Assembly (NCBI GenBank): GCA_011109175.1 | Contig: RDEW01000013.1 | Span: 41,476-105,475, forward strand | Length of the DNA stretch: 64,000 nt | Direction of reading: 5' to 3' | Source of the DNA: Dicyema japonicum | Lineage: Eukaryota; Animalia; Dicyemida | Shown here: positions 61,500-64,000 of the stretch, piece after piece | Layout: each line of letters starts with the position of its first letter | Numbering within the stretch: position 1 is the stretch's first letter | Notes under the pieces: model-generated | What the model was told of the DNA's origin: nothing | The model's input: the letters and a program-made list of their open reading frames with translations, nothing else | The model's database searches: none | Translations under genes and position numbers: made by a program

Positions 61500-64000
61500 G
61501 TGTTGTCGTTGTGTGTTGTGTTGTTGTTTTCGCCTACTGTGATTATTTTCCTATTTTTGACTTTCTCTTATTGACTATTTTCGCCTATTGAGATTATTCT
61601 CCTATTCTTGATTTTCGCCTATTGTTGTTCAGTGGAATGTTACTCGAAAAGTCATCGTCTGATTGCTCTGCCTGCAACATGAGCAATTTGAGAAAGTTTG
61701 GAATTTCTTGTTCTGCCTGTGGAGCCTTCTTTCACCTGGGTGTTTGAAGCTCTCTCAGGCCTCTAGCCGTGCTTTTGGGGTATGGCACTGCCGCTCGTGC
61801 CTTGGAATTGGTTCGGGGTTTCCTAATGGTCACGCGAGTGCATTTACCTCCGGGGAAGACCTTTCCCATTTGAATCCAGATTCGCTGCTCAAAATTATCA
61901 ATGAACGCCGGTCATCTAGGAGTATCCCGGTGAAGATCCCTAAAGCAGTCCGCCCCCTAGCTACCGAAGCCTTAACCAAAGCAATCGACGATGCTCTCCG
62001 CTCCGACTCTATAAACGACTGGATACGTTTGTTTAATTTTGCTCCTTTCGCTCTTGGCTCCTTAGAGATCGCAATGGGAAGGAGTCTCTCTCGATTGAGA
62101 TGAAGAACAACATCCGCGCATTTATGGATGGAACTCACTTTACGGACCTCACGTCCTTCTGCATCCGTTCAACTGAGACTCGGAGTTCAACTCGGGAAAC
62201 GGAGATTCTTCGCCTAAGAAGACCGTACGATCGAAGTTGCTTGAAGGAGGAACCCGATCCGCATTGAAGGCCCTCTCACTCTCAGATGGACCACGCAATC
62301 CAACCATTGATACTTACAAGACTCTATTGGGGAAACATCCACCCTCTCCGAATGACCTACGCCATTGCTCGCCCCCATCAGAAGTGACCCCTTTGACCAC
62401 GTCGCCTGAGGATGTCATCACGGCGTTATGGAACTTTGCACCAAGTAGCTGTGGAGGTCTCGATGGCTTAAGGCCCGGCCATCTTAAAGACCTTATTTCA
62501 CCGACTATTGGAGACCAAGCAAGTCGTCTTTCATACTCACTCACTTCTCTTATGAACAGGATATTATCTGGACATTTGCCTGATTTGATACGTCATATCT
62601 TGTTTTCGGCTAGTCTGATTGCCGTCGACAAGAAGGGAGGTGGAATCCGCCCGATCGCGGTCGGATTCACTTTCAGAAGACTAGCAGCCAAGATTGCTTC
62701 CAGATTTTCTACGTCAATCTTGTCAAAATCCTTACTTCCCAGTCAAGTTGGAGTCGGAGTTCGTCTTGGATGTGAGGCAGCCGTTCACTCCGTCAGAAGA
62801 TTCAGGAACAGCAGCATTCAAGACTTTAAAAGGCACATTATGGTAAAACTGGACATCAAGAACGCTTTTAACAGCTTAAGAAGAGACTGCATTCTGGAGG
62901 CCTGCAAGGAAAGATGTCCGTACATATTTGAACTGGTCAATTATTCATACGGAAAACCTTCATCACTATTGCACGGGGATTTCATAGTTCCATCGTCCTC
63001 AGGTGTTCAACAGGGCGACCCCCTCGGACCACTGCTGTTCTCCCTCGGCATTGAGAGGATCACGAAGCTCTCTAGATGCCCACTCAACATCTGGTACCTC
63101 GATGACGCTGTCTTAGGAGGTCCCCCGGAAACGGTCTTCCAGGACTTAGAAGTACTCATCCCCGCGCTGTCCGAGGTGGGTCTTCAGTTGAATATAACGA
63201 AATGTGAAATAACAAACTGTGGTCTTGCTGACGATGACTTCTCTTCAATTGTTCAAAAATTTTACTGCTTGTATCCCGGTGGGATTTCGACCCCTGAAAA
63301 TGAATTGATTTTTCTTTGATCCCCGATCACTAGTAATGCGATGAAGCATGTCCTCCTTGACAAAAAACGACTCCTATGCGATTCGCTGGAAAGATTACAG
63401 CTGCTGGACTTGCACACAGCACTATTCCTATTGAAAAGAAGTCTCAATCTCCTATCTACTAAGGACAGCTCCATATTATTCTCAACTGGAGCTGCTCGAG
63501 TATTTTGATTTGTCTCATCCTCAGCTCGACGGAGCAAATATTTAATGTCCGATTCGAAGATGATACATGGATGCAGGCTACACTCCCAGTTAGATTCGAA
63601 TCCGTCGAACCTTGGACGTCTCACTTCCCGCTCATTTATCATCACTCACGGCCTGCGAACCTTTGGTCAGGAGGATTCTACACTCCCCACCCGAATTCTC
63701 AACTGACCAAGAGATAATCCACGCACGAGAAGCCTGGAATGCCACCAACCTCCCCCTGCCTCCTTCCCAAGATCGCCAGCGAAACCTGGACAACTTATTA
63801 TGCTGGAAATCATTTGGACTCCTACTGGAATCTGCCAATCAGCACCGACGCGCTTGTTTGCTTTCGAGGGCTTCCCCTGAGAGCGGAGCTTGGCTAAATG
63901 CCATCCCCAATGGAGCTTTGGGCACTTTTCTGGATGATGAATGCGTTAGAACTGGTATCTCTCTGCGGCTGGGACTAAAAGTATGTGTACCTCACCCGTG
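61500..64000 (+). mobile_element. CRE-clade non-LTR retrotransposon (PHD finger, RT), running off the window end
   Basis: 5' tandem TTTCGCCTATTG repeats; PHD CSAC..CSAC..HLGC..WHCRSC; RT motifs GGLDGLRPGHL, GGIRPIAVG, QVGVG, LDIKNAFNS, GVQQGDPLGPLLF and WYLDD. Confidence 0.9.

Noticed and set aside
61500-61640. Short repeats as a CRISPR-like array (also 12850-12934)
   Set aside because: The units are degenerate with no unique spacers, the context is eukaryotic, and they are explained as TE terminal repeats.

Overview
AT-rich eukaryotic draft sequence (one NN gap; several single-base slips in otherwise intact genes). At least nine recognisable host genes are split by 20-33 nt GT-AG introns, so the ORF track shows them only in pieces: WDR37, two UBE2J1-like paralogs, a DLG-type MAGUK, CHTOP, a beta-PIX/ARHGEF7-like SH3-DH-PH GEF, BCCIP, a sorbitol-dehydrogenase-like MDR enzyme and a NUP153-like nucleoporin. 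Animal-type signalling genes plus tiny introns suggest a reduced parasitic animal such as a myxozoan (inference, not verified). The rest is mostly transposon debris: Ingi/Vingi-like, RTE, R4/Dong-like and CRE non-LTR retrotransposons, and hAT, pogo/Tigger, Tc1 and MULE DNA transposons. The strongest lead is an Ingi/Vingi-like retroelement family. Six 5' ends fold into a covarying HDV-ribozyme-like pseudoknot with non-canonical details. Three copies carry a 2A-like StopGo motif before the endonuclease, and the 3' ends carry a conserved stem-loop. The family has also produced ~230 bp head+tail non-autonomous elements. The second lead is that both UBE2J1-like paralogs lack the catalytic cysteine. 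All assignments come from manual translation and recalled family motifs; no database search was run.
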